Assembly: GCA_964016885.1 (NCBI GenBank)
Contig: OZ024742.1
Location: 234,236,001-234,300,000 of the forward strand
Direction: 5' to 3'
DNA length: 64,000 nucleotides
Origin: Eledone cirrhosa
Taxonomy: Eukaryota
This document shows positions 49,295 through 61,092 of the stretch, piece by piece. The notes beneath the pieces were generated by a model. The model saw only the letters and a program-made list of their open reading frames with translations, searched no databases and was not told the DNA's origin. Numbering within the stretch: the first letter of the stretch is position 1; the number at the start of each line of letters is the position of its first letter. Made by a program: the position numbers and the translations under genes.

Positions 49295-50626
49295 ATGGAG
49301 GAGAAACAGTATGAGTGTCAGATTAATAATGAAACACAGTCTGAAATTAGTGATTTATCCCATCAGTCTCAAAGAAATAAAGGAAACAAACCATATGTCT
49401 GTGAAACTTGTGGAAAGACATTTTCAAAAAACAGTTGTTTAATCCGACATAATATAGTTCACAACGGCTCAATGATTTATCATTGTGAAATTTGTGGTAA
49501 AAGGTTTGCAAGAAAAAATTCTATGAATTGTCACCAACGGGTACACTCAGGAGAGAAACCACATCATTGTGGTATTTGTGGGAAAACATTCTCTCAAAGT
49601 TCTCATTTATCTAGTCACAAACGTATTCATACAGGAGAGAAACCATATGATTGTGATGTTTGTGATAAAACATTTTCTCAGAAGTCCAATTTATTGAGAC
49701 ACAGATTTATTCATACAGGTGAAACACGATATGACTGTGATATTTGTGGTAAAACATTCATTGATAATGGTTCATTATTAAAGCATCGACGCATTCATAC
49801 AGGTGAAAAACCATATACCTGTGATATTTGTGGTAAAACTTTTTCACGGAATGATGTTTTATCAGGTCACCAACGTATTCACACAGGTGAGAAACCATAT
49901 CATTGTGATATCTGTGGTAAAACGTTTTCTTTAAAACCTACATTAACTGCTCACAAAAGGACACACACAGGTGACAAACCTTACCGTTGTGATACGTGTG
50001 GTAAAAGTTTTTCAATGAGTAGTTCTTTGTCTGCTCACATACTTATACACACAGGGAAAAAACCTTACCACTGTGATATTTGTGGTAAAAATTTTGCTGT
50101 AAGTAGTGTATTAATTAGTCATAAAAGTACCCATGATGGGAATAAACCATATCACTGTGATATCTGTGGTAAAACATTCTCTTGGAGGTCTAGTGTAACT
50201 TATCATAAACGTATTCATACTGGTGATAAACCTTATACTTGCGATGTCTGTGGGAAAGCATTCTCAACGAGTACTCATTTGACTGCTCACAAACGTATTC
50301 ACACAGGTGAGAAACCATACCTGTGTGGTATCTGTGGTAAAAGATTTTGTGCAAGTGGACAATTGTATAAACATAAATATATTCACACCAAAGACAAACA
50401 ATTCTACTGTGATATCTGTGGTAATGTGTTCACTCAACGTGCTCATTTGTCTATTCACAAACGCCTACATACTGCTGAGAAACTATATAATTGTGACATT
50501 TGTGAGCAAAAATTCCCTAATGGTGATAGTTTATCAAGTCATAAGTGTGAGAAACCATATGACTATGATGTTGGCAAGGAATCATTCTCGCATGCAAATT
50601 TAACTAGACAAATTATACCATTGTGA
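49295..50626 (+). CDS. C2H2 zinc-finger protein, 13 intact fingers plus degenerate C-terminal fingers, 443 aa
   Basis: Intact ORF with TGEKPY linkers; probable upstream acceptor TTTGTTTCAG at 48844. Confidence 0.95.
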   Translation: MEEKQYECQINNETQSEISDLSHQSQRNKGNKPYVCETCGKTFSKNSCLIRHNIVHNGSMIYHCEICGKRFARKNSMNCHQRVHSGEKPHHCGICGKTFSQSSHLSSHKRIHTGEKPYDCDVCDKTFSQKSNLLRHRFIHTGETRYDCDICGKTFIDNGSLLKHRRIHTGEKPYTCDICGKTFSRNDVLSGHQRIHTGEKPYHCDICGKTFSLKPTLTAHKRTHTGDKPYRCDTCGKSFSMSSSLSAHILIHTGKKPYHCDICGKNFAVSSVLISHKSTHDGNKPYHCDICGKTFSWRSSVTYHKRIHTGDKPYTCDVCGKAFSTSTHLTAHKRIHTGEKPYLCGICGKRFCASGQLYKHKYIHTKDKQFYCDICGNVFTQRAHLSIHKRLHTAEKLYNCDICEQKFPNGDSLSSHKCEKPYDYDVGKESFSHANLTRQIIPL

Positions 50627-53169
50627 AAATCCTTCATATACAAATGGGTCCAGGTAATTAAATTGAGATATGTTTCTTTTGAGAGATAGATTTAATTGAA
50701 ATTTATAGGAAAACAGATTTTACAGTCAAAATCATCTGGTATGAGACCCAGGGGTAGACCCCGACCAAGATGGTTGGATAACATCCATGAACTTGGTTGG
50801 TCTCGCTTGGGGATCTAGCCAGATTAATTGGAAACGGTTGCTTCTGACAGACTCGCATGAGGACTCTTCCCCCTTGACCCTCTCGGTGGGTGAAGAAGAA
50901 GGAAAACATCATTGTAATGTAAGTTTGGAAGAATGCATATTGAATTTTTTTCAAAGTCAATATCCATACAAATTTTTTTTTGATAATATAACATTGATAA
51001 TTCATCATAAGAATTTGCTATTATCTGATGAACAAGTTTTTTAAAAAATGTTTTTATCAAGAAATTTGATAATTAAATTATCGCTCCTTTTACAAACATG
51101 AAATAATACTATTAATTGTAATCAGAGCAAAAAGATTTTTCTATTTAAAAGCTAGTGCCTGAATCAAATCCGGAACAATGAAACATAATTATGAATGTTT
51201 CTTGAAGAACAGCAGTCAAAATAACATTTTCTTAAATTTACCTATCTAAGCTCATTTTAGTGGACATAGGCTTGATTGTTGATTGTTGTTTTCTTAAAGC
51301 TATTTCATATTTTTCATTGAAAATACAGATATTTTAAATTCAAATATTGGTCTCTTGTTACTTTGTTCTAAACATAGAGTTGAGTTGTTTAACAATTTTT
51401 GGTGTTTCCAATTCTTAGTATTTTAATTTCCTGTTACCTCCAATGAAACTATTAGTTTTGAAGTCTAAAAATTATTAAACACTGTTTGATTAAACTCCTA
51501 GTAAATGTATTCCCATTATCCTCTATTTGCATTACATGTCTTTAATATTTGGTTATTTTGTCAGCTGTATTCTCTTTTCATGCAAGTTAATCTCATTTTT
51601 CTGCATATCCTGCATATTGACTACCAGTCACTTACTACTAAAGGGATATGGTATCACCCAAACTCTTTAATGTTGCATTCGGAGCCATATTTAAAATAGA
51701 TTAACTGGGATGAAGTAATTCTTTGTTGCTGGCTTACTGTTTTCCAAATGATGCTCATCGTCAGAATCATTATCATCAGAACTAGAAATAAATGTTAAAT
51801 GAACTGAACAGCCATGTAGCAAGTCATCAAAGTTAACCATAATAATATAACAACTGTCAACTATATTTATCTTGGATAGCTGATAAACATGGAATACAAC
51901 CATATATAGGAAGTAAAAGATGGTTTTTGGTAAATTAATATCATAAGAAGATGTCACTGTCTGGGCATTCACAACATAAATGGGAATAATGATATTTGGG
52001 AAACAAGATCATTTCTGTTTAAAATAAATGAAATGGAGCCAATTTAACTATAAACTACATTAATGTAAAATAATTCTAACATTGGCACAAGGCTACCAAT
52101 TTGAGGAAAGGGGAAAATCAATTATATCTAACCAGTACTTATCAACCCCAGAAAGGATTTGTATTCAGAACATAGAGAGTCATAACTAAATAAGCATTTT
52201 GTCCAATGCTTTACTGAAATCCATTGCCCTACATTTATGTCTAATAATAATTGAAATGTTAATTCAGATATAGCCTAATTCACAATATGTATTAAGTGCT
52301 GTAAAAGAACTTTCAAATTACCAAAAACTAGGTTTGGGGGCTTGCCTGTGTCATGTACTTAGCAGGATTTGAACTCAGAAAGCAGAGAGACAGAACCAAT
52401 ACTGCAAGGCATTCTATCAGATATTCTAACTACTCTCATACATTCACCACCTGATTAAATTATTAAATAAGGGTTTCTGACTTAGGCACAAGGCCAATAA
52501 TTTTGGGGTAGAGGAGGGGAAAGTCTATTAAATCGACAATATTTATTAGCAGTGGATTCTAATTTTTGTTAATATCAATATATAAAGATGATGCAGGAAA
52601 TAAAAGATATAGACCAGCTATAAATGTATTAGGTTATGTCCCAAACCATCAGGCTGATGCTTATCCCCAGTTTCATTTTTCATCGAAGTTAAGTGACTAA
52701 AAGTACATGACATCCACCTAGGCAGAATGTCCGTTCATTGCAGGATTAACTTCAGGCATTAGTACTCATTTTCTGCTGAGTGTACTGGAGAAATGTGAAA
52801 TGAAGTGTTTTGCTTAAGAACATAGTGCACCACAGTCCAAGAATCAAACCCATAATGTTATAAACACCATTAACCTCTAGGCCAAATGCCTTCATGATGT
52901 ATATTGTATATTAGAATTAAATAAAGACTAAAAATGCTTTACCACTGTCTTTATGATATTCATTTTCATACATTTTGCCTCCATATATTCCTTCCACCCT
53001 TATACTCTCTGCTATTAGCAAAAAGTCATCTATGTACAGCAACTCCTACGGTAAATCCTCTTTTATGCTTTGGACCATTACCTCCATCACAACTACAAAT
53101 AGCAGTGGGTTTAATACTGGCTTATAATGCACTCCAAATTTGTCACTGTACCCCATCCATATAACTGTA

Positions 53170-54465
53170 TGTGCACTCTCATACATTGTCATCACTACTC
53201 TAACCAACCATTCCTAACTTTCTCAATGCCCTACTTCACATAGAACCCGACCTAAAGCTTTCCCCAAATCAACAAATCCCCAAAATCAACTTCCTCTTGT
53301 CCCTATACTTCTGTAACTGTTTCACACTAAAAATTGTATCAGCTATTCCTCTTCCCAGTATAAACCCAAACTGCATTTCATTAATCTTCACTCTTTCCAT
53401 ATCCTCTTTTCTAACAGTCTTTCCAATACCTTCTCTTTACAATTGTATTCTTTCTGTCATTACCCAAGGTTCATGACCATAGGTAATGGTTGGCAGAAAC
53501 ACTGAATTGAAGATATCGAGTTTGACTTCTTCTGATCACCGAATGCTGAAGCTGGTACGTTACTGCAACAGCTCTTGCAATTCTTGCACTCAATTCAGCC
53601 TCCTGCCTTCCATCATTCATGAACATGACCCTGAGATACTTGAACTTCCCTACCTGATTCAGTGGAACTTCATTCACATGTAGTGTACTGTGCTGGCTTC
53701 CTTGAGAGGATGTGTCTCAGTCTTTGCAGCACGGATTTTTTATTCCAGCTGTGCAGCACTCGGCAGCAAACCTACCAAGTGCAAGCTGGAAATCACCTTC
53801 TGAGGAGTTAAGTAATACCATTTGCAAATTTTGGCTGCTGGATCCTACACTCGCCAGTCATGATACCACTTCCAACCCAGCTGCGCATGTCAATCTATTT
53901 TATGAAGATTATGAACAGGAGAGGTGAGTCTGATGCCCACATTGAATTGTTTTGATTTAGCATCCAGTTACAATAGCATCTCACGAGGTGCATCTGGAAG
54001 CAATGACTAGTCTCATGGGGGCTAAGGTAGCAAGAGCAATGGAAGATTTCAAATGTGGCAATGGTACTGGGGGGGATGGAATTTGGCCTGAGATGTTAAA
54101 AGCTTTCTTTAGATAAGGTATTCTTTGGTTGACTTGTGTGTGGCAGGTGATCTTGGTTTCTGGAAAGGTACTTTAGCAATGGCAATTGGGAGTGACAATC
54201 CCCATTTTCAAGAGGGCAGATGAGAGATTGCTCTAAGTATAGTGGCATCTCCTTGTTAAGCTGCCTCTATAAAGTATGCTAAGAGATGAAGGATGATTGT
54301 CAAGTCCAAGCTAGCTGATGAACAGTGTGGTTTTTGCCATGTACGCAGCACAGCCAACCAAATATTCACACTGCGGCAGGTCTTTGAGAAATTGTGGGAG
54401 TACTGCCAAGAGGTGTATGCTTGCTCTGTAGACCTTGAAAAAACATTCAACCATGTTCCATGGAT
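53170..54465. mobile_element. Cluster of degenerate RTE-like RT fragments (minus at about 53170-53950, plus at about 53990-54465)
   Basis: Minus strand: QFGFILGRG, FVDLGKAL, VGKFKYL. Plus strand: DEQCGF..RSTANQIFTLRQVFEKLWEY, SVDLEKTFNHVP. Confidence 0.8.
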
Positions 54466-55190
54466 CCATCATATATAGACTAATTTACTTATAAGTTCTT
54501 CAATGTTTTTTAACGTCACTTACAAGGAGGATTGTAGTTGGATCATCAGTAAGATAGGAATAGATTTCAACTTGATATATGCATACTATTTACGTAAAGA
54601 GGAGCTGTCTAAGTACTGAGCCATAGGTAAACTTATAGAAAAGCACCTGCTGGGGTTTGTTGAGAAATTTCTTTTTCCTAGTTTTTTTTTCTGTGCTTTC
54701 AACAAACCTGACCACCAACTCACTCACAATCGAGTATTGTTCTTGGAGGTTTCATTAATGAGATTTTTTCAGGGAGTTATCAATCTCTCGGAGGTCCATT
54801 TTCTACCTACAACCAACTTCTAAACAAGACCATATAGTCTAAATATATAAAAAAAAAAAAAACTGTCACTGCTACTCTTTCGCCTACTTATTCCTGGGAG
54901 GGTCATGAGGACAGAGACCTCAAATACTCCTTCCCGAGGGTCCTGTTAGAAGCAACTGTCTCCAATTGATCCGACTGGATCTCCAAGCAAGACCAGCCAA
55001 GTTGATGGATGTTATCCAGGCATTTATGCCTGGGTCTCCTGCTGAGACTAGTCAACAGATATTGGTATAAGCAACACATATTAAAAAGAACGATGTGTGT
55101 GTGTGTGTAAATCGGCGTTCGAATTCACGGAGACGCAGGCCGCGAAACATGAGCATCACTGACATCTTTCTCTTATATTATGTATAGATA

Positions 55191-55694
55191 TATTTCTTTA
55201 TTAGCCACAAGGACGCACAAGAAAAGGGACAATAGAAAGACATGCCGGGGATTTTACATACAGTCGTGTAAAAAATATAAAAACAAACAATTACAACAAT
55301 CGAAATCCCCAATAGCGGGGAGGCGCCACAAATGGATTGTTTAATACCCAGTCGATAGAACAACCCTCAACTCCAGGAGCGTGTTGTGCAAGTGTCCTTT
55401 CTTCCTTTTGCTCTCTTCTTCAACCTACAGGCTTATAAACAGAGAAGGCCCAATCACTCGGGCCATTTTCGCTTCATTCACCCACCTTACAGTAAATTTA
55501 CTGGAGTGAAGTGCCTCTCTCTCCACCCTGATTCTCCTTCTAAAGTGATACTTAAAGAAGGGAATCAATTGTTGTCCGGAGAGAAAGGCATCTGTCCTCA
55601 GTCCTCTCAACCTCGTCCACCATATAACTTCTTTCACCATAGCCACCGTACAGAGGAAAACCGCCTCTCTTTCGTTTTTGAAAGAGGCTGGCGG
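55191..55694 (-). mobile_element. 3' fragment of an L1/Tx1-like LINE with 17-bp target site duplication
   Basis: AMVKEVIWWTR...FFKYHFRRRIRVERE...F..RW C-terminus, then a UTR with AATAAA. TATATTATGTATAGATA occurs at 55174-55190 and 55695-55711. Confidence 0.75.
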
Positions 55695-56019
55695 TATATT
55701 ATGTATAGATAGATAGGGCGGTGGATTGGCAGTATCGGTCGGACGCCATGCTTTGACGCATAGAGTTACGTCCCTTTCCAATCTGAGTTCAAATCGCGCC
55801 GAGATTAACTTTACCTTTCATCCTTACGGGGTCGATAAAAAATAAAGTACCAGTAATGCACTGGGTAATTGCTGGCCTTGTGCCAAAAGTAGAACAATTA
55901 TGTATAGATAGATAAACATAAAAAGAGATTAAAAAAACAAGCTGGGGGGGGGGGGGGGGGATTCACCACCAAGTGCGACAACCGGTTGTACATTACATCA
56001 TAAGGGTTAACTAAACAGT

Positions 56020-56232
56020 TTCAGGCAAGCCAACACGCTCGCAGCATTGCCACAGGAGATAGCGAGGCGAAGGCACTGAAAAAAAGCCCAGGCACCCTCA
56101 CGATCATCACCACATACCTCAGTAAAGGCGAGCCGCCAGCAATGACAAGAACTTCGCTGTCACCGGCCGGCCCGGCAACATTACTTTCAGTGACTTCCCT
56201 TGATTGACTCTTCAAAAGGAAGTTACTCCAAC
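56020..56232. promoter_or_regulatory. CpG-richer promoter/5' UTR region of PRPF38A
   Basis: Local GC and CpG enrichment in an AT-rich background directly upstream of the ATG (context CCAACATGG). Confidence 0.5.
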
Positions 56233-56362
56233 ATGGCCAACCGAACTGTGAAAGATGCTCACTCAGTTAAAGGAACTAATCCACAGTATTTAGTGGAGAA
56301 AATTATACGAACTAGGATTTACGAAAGTCGTTATTGGAAAGAAGAATGTTTTGCATTAACTG
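56233..56362 (+). CDS. PRPF38A: Pre-mRNA splicing factor 38A, exon 1
   Basis: MANRTVKDAHSVKGTNPQYLVEKIIRTRIYESRYWKEECFALT is the conserved Prp38 N-terminus; donor G|GTAATT. Confidence 0.96.
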
Positions 56363-57142
56363 GTAATTTCTTTTGTATATACATATTTATATTTATAAAC
56401 AGCTTGTATATATTGTATATACAATTTATTAAAACTACCAATAGGACCATGTTTTATTTTATCTCATTTAATATTTTCATGCTTAAGTACAAGACGACTT
56501 ATTTATGTGGATGCAACGGATAGGTGTTATGATTGTTCATTGCCTTCTCAAAAATATAGGCGACTTAAGTGATGTGAAATACGTACAACCTATTAACAAA
56601 ACTGGCGTGCGAACTCAGATCGCTGGTACCTTTAACGGCGCCTATATTTTTAATTTAATTAATTCTGTAATTTCTACTAGAGTTGCATGTTTTCCTCTTT
56701 GTTCTTAAACTGGCGCTCCTTCATCTTAAGTCCAGGTGATGTAAACAATGACTTCGGCATTCGCATCGCTAAACATGTTATACATAATACACACAACTAT
56801 ATATGTGTATATATATATTCACATCTAACAGCGTTATAAGTCCCTACCTTAATCATATAAAATGTTAGTGTGTATGTATGTATATATATATTCATTCAAA
56901 ACATGGGGGCGCACAGGACTAAAACAATGGAAAAACGAGTGTTTATAAATGGTTTTCCAGAGAGGAACGGGAGAAAATCACTGTTAAAAATGTATTATTA
57001 GCATGAGTTTTTGCATCCTCTTGTTTAACATTCCTGGTAATCTTGTTGGTTAATTGCTTTCAAACTTCAATTCGTTTTATTAAATAACAAAAAAGACATT
57101 GTGAACTAAGTCATCAATCAATTTAATATCTATGTATTTCAG

Positions 57143-57302
57143 CGGAACTGATGGTTGATAAAGCAATGGAACTGAAGTATATTGGTGGAGTTTATGGTGG
57201 AAACATTAAACCAACACCATTTTTATGTTTAGTATTGAAAATGTTACAGATTCAGCCTGAGAAAGATATTGTTGTTGAATTTATTAGGAATGAAGACTTC
57301 AA
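57143..57302 (+). CDS. PRPF38A: PRPF38A exon 2
   Basis: (A)ELMVDKAMELKYIGGVYGGNIKPTPFLCLVLKMLQIQPEKDIVVEFIRNEDF(K); AG and GTAAGT boundaries. Confidence 0.96.
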
Positions 57303-58325
57303 GTAAGTAAAATAGACAATCTGTTGAGAGACAGTCTTCCCATAAAGTTACTCTATTAGTAATGAACCAGTGGGGGAGCTTCTACATATATGAAACAACT
57401 TGCTAGAAACAGCAATGATATATCTCCCTCAGTGAAATACGTGGCTTAGTGTTTAGGGTTTTCAACTCATAATCATAAAGTCATGAGTTTGATTCCTGGA
57501 TCAAGCAGTGCATTGTGTCTTCGAGCAAGACACTCTTTCACATTGCTTCAGTCCACTCAGCTGGCAAAAGTGAGTTGTAAGTGTAATTCAAGGGGCCAAC
57601 TTTGTCACACATTGGGTCACATTTAATATCCCTGAGAACTGCGTTAAGGGTGCACATGTCAGCCACTTACATATTAATTTGACGAGCAGGCAGTTCTGTT
57701 GATTAAATCAACTGGAGCATTCATTAGAAACAACATAGGTCCAACAACAACAACAATATATCTCCCTAAAGTACTGTTATAAAGAGAATTATGTAATAGA
57801 GCATATGTTATGAATTTGCTCTATATAAGAGCCAACTGAAAACATACATTTATTAACAGTAACACAGATTCAGAAGAGAGGGTATTTTAAGCTATGATCA
57901 TGTCAGAGCTGCCTCAAAAAGCATGTGAGAATGTAAAATACTAGAATACAGAATCTTTATCTACATTCAGTGATGTTTACACACTCTGTATTGAGGCAAA
58001 TTAAGCTGACAGTTTATATAGAGATTTTTGCAAATAATACATTTATGATGATGCTTAATTGCATAAAATGCAAGCTTGACAGGCTGATATTAATTAGAAA
58101 TAGCATTAACTGTGATTCAGAATATCTATAACGAGGCTTATGTATGTTTATTATATATGCTTTCATATACAGTTCTATAATATACATTTGAACTGGTGCT
58201 CTACTATCTCAGCCATCCCAATTCGAGAAATGTTGATAAAGCTAATAATCAATTGTCTTATAGTCCATCTTTTTCATGGTGAATTGCTTCTATTTGAACC
58301 ATTTCTTCCTCTACTGTTTCTTTAG

Positions 58326-58447
58326 ATATGTGCGTTCCCTAGGAGCAATGTATATGAGGCTTGTTGGGACATCTTTAGACTGCTTCAAATATCTGGAACC
58401 TTTGTATAATGATTACAGGAAGTTGAGGAGACAAAATAAATCTGGTG
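58326..58447 (+). CDS. PRPF38A: PRPF38A exon 3
   Basis: YVRSLGAMYMRLVGTSLDCFKYLEPLYNDYRKLRRQNKSG; AG and GTAAG boundaries. Confidence 0.96.
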
Positions 58448-58699
58448 GTAAGAAGAGTATTTTTTATTTGCTACTGGCTTGTCATGCATGATATACATAA
58501 TTTTAGTATCATGATCTATTAATGGTTTATCATCAACTTATAATATAAGGCTTTACCCATGCTCTATAACATATGGCTGCTTGTCTCTTTTTAAAACCTA
58601 TCATGTAACCATACCACTCCTTAAGTCATATCAGTCTTTGTCTTCCACAAGTATCTTCGACAGATAGCATACTGCACTATTTCACCCACTACTCATTAT

Positions 58700-59150
58700 C
58701 CATTCACATCAAATGTCCATACTATTACAGTCATCTATCCCTGTTGATGCTTTTACTGTTGCAAAAACTAACAATAGGTCTGTGACCTGTCCTGGGACGC
58801 GTGGGATAGACACACAAAGCTTGCATATCCCACGACCCCAAAGAGGGTCTGGAAGTGAGCAAACCTTAACCGTTGGAACCTGGAACATCACAACCCTTAT
58901 AAGTAAGGAGCAGGAACTAGTGGTGGAGGCTAGATAAAGTCGAGGTTTCCTGAACTGCACAGGCAGAAGTGGGGATACTCACAAGCCCCCGGCTGTCAGA
59001 ATGTGTTATGGACTGGATCCCATTAGGAGGGAAGATTTACCTCTTGAAGCTTTGGCTGAATGATAGGTCTCTGTGGGTGGTGCAAATTTATGCACCAAAG
59101 AAGGAGTCCAAATACAGGTCCTTCCTTGAAAATAAATTCCTTTCAAAGGT
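58700..59150 (+). mobile_element. RTE-like LINE 5'/endonuclease fragment in PRPF38A intron 3
   Basis: LTVGTWNITTL..KEQELVVE, VGILTSP, VVQIYAP. Confidence 0.7.
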
Positions 59151-60150
59151 CAGAGAAGCTCACAAGTAGTTGATAGCTTTTGCTACCTCTGATATAATTA
59201 GCAGAGGAAGTGAATGTACTGAAAACATAATAGAGATAGATATATTTTTTGTGGACCCCTAGGGTTGTTCAGAACCCATTTTGGGAAACACTGTTATATA
59301 ATAATGGTTTCTAATTTTAGCACAAGTTCAGTGTATCAGCTGCTGTGTGCAGGAAGGAGGCATGGGTATGAATGACATTAGGGCAAATGATCCCAGTACA
59401 TTCTGTGAAGTGGTTGTTGATAGGAAGGACGTCTAGCCATAGAAAACCTGCCAGACAAAGTGCCGAAAAGACACAACTTCCCTAGTGTTAGTGCCATGAT
59501 AAAATACACTCAGTAAAGTGCAGGTTTTTGATGTCAAGTTCTCAGAGGCTCTGCATGTCCAACCCTTGCTTACAAGGAAAACAGATATTTAACAATGCTG
59601 ATGAAGAATGACACCTGTTTGGCAAAACACTTTTATATATTGTTTTTTTAATCTATCCATGACTGAGGAAGACATGTGAAAGAAGTGATTAGAAGAAATG
59701 GAAGCATCTTAAGCGTTTTGAACATGATAATACTGAATTGTAAAAAAAACAGTGGTGTACCATAAAGTACAACCATTTAATCCATGCTAGCTACAAAAGT
59801 GAATGTAAAACTGATGATAAAGATAATAATTTTATTTTGTTATTCATAGTTCTATGTTCAAATTCCTTGATCCAACAAAATATAATAGTACCTAATTGCA
59901 TGTTGTTTACTTTTATTTTTATGTTATTTGATATAAATTTGTGGGTGGTGAATTTAGTTACAACTTTTTACATTCCGAGTTGAAATTTTGCCAGAGTCAA
60001 CTTTGTCTTTCATTCGTCCACAGTCCATAAAATTAAGTACTGGGGTCAATATATTTGACTTTCCCTTTTTCACAAATTTGCTGGCCTTGTGCCAATGTTA
60101 GAAAAAAATGGTTATTTAATATGAATTTTATTTTATTGTATTTTCTATAG

Positions 60151-60236
60151 AATTTGAAATTGTGCACATGGATGAGTTTATAGATGAACTTCTGAGAGAA
60201 GAGAGAATTTATGACATTATTTTGCCCCGTATTCAG
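60151..60236 (+). CDS. PRPF38A: PRPF38A exon 4
   Basis: (E)FEIVHMDEFIDELLREERIYDIILPRIQ; TAG acceptor and GTAACT donor. Confidence 0.95.
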
Positions 60237-60990
60237 GTAACTTATCTATAAATGTATTAATGTCATGAGAAGAAATAACATTTTTTGTGCATTCATTTTT
60301 CCATACTTTCACAAGTAGGATAGTTTATTTGTTAGAATAATTGTTTATAAAGCTCTATATGCTCTACCAACTGTGAGTAGAGCTTTTTTTTTCAGTCAAA
60401 CAAACTGGAACAGAGTTAAGTGGGCACCTTGATCAGAGGTACATCACAATAGCCAATAGTTGCATATGTGTCTGAAAATATAGGGTATTTGAAAATATTT
60501 TCAAATTAATCTGAAGAAGTTATACATCTGAATCTCTAAGTTATGTTATCACAATGTTAATTTGAATTTTCACACTGACGTGAATGATGACATAGCAGTT
60601 TAGAAAATTTTAATTTTACTCTGATTAATCAGTTTGCTTTGCAGCTATGTAGTTTTGGAGACACAGATATGGCTGTGTGGTTAAGAAGTTAATTTCACAA
60701 CCATAAGGTTTAAGGTTCAACCCTACTGCATAATACTTTAGGAAAGTGTCTTTTACTATAGCCCTGGGCTAATCAATGCTTTTTTAAGTGAAATTGCTAG
60801 ACAAAAAACTATATGGAAGCCCATCACATATATATGTGTGTGTGTATCCTAATATATGCCCTGATGCCTCTTGAATTAAAGGATCACAAGTTATTGAGAT
60901 AACTAAAAGAAAATTTCTAGAAGTTAGTTACATCACTTATTAAAATAACCAAAAACCATATTCTATTAAATTTTTTGTTTTGTTTTGCAG

Positions 60991-61092
60991 AAAAGAAGTG
61001 TATTAGAAGATACAAATCAGTTAGAACAACGAATAAGTGCTTTAGAGGAAGACATTGAAGATGTAGAATCTTCAGAAGAGGAAGAAACTATT
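60991..61092 (+). CDS. PRPF38A: PRPF38A exon 5 (gene continues beyond the window)
   Basis: KRSVLEDTNQLEQRISALEEDIEDVESSEEEETI; TTTTGCAG acceptor and GTAAGT donor. Confidence 0.93.

Noticed and set aside
56200-56523. 107-aa ORF as the complete PRPF38A product
   Set aside because: The true start is the ATG at 56233, and the frame runs into intron 1 after 56362.
57437-57510. tRNA genes at A-box/B-box sequences
   Set aside because: No complete cloverleaf is visible, and each continues into a multi-copy SINE body.
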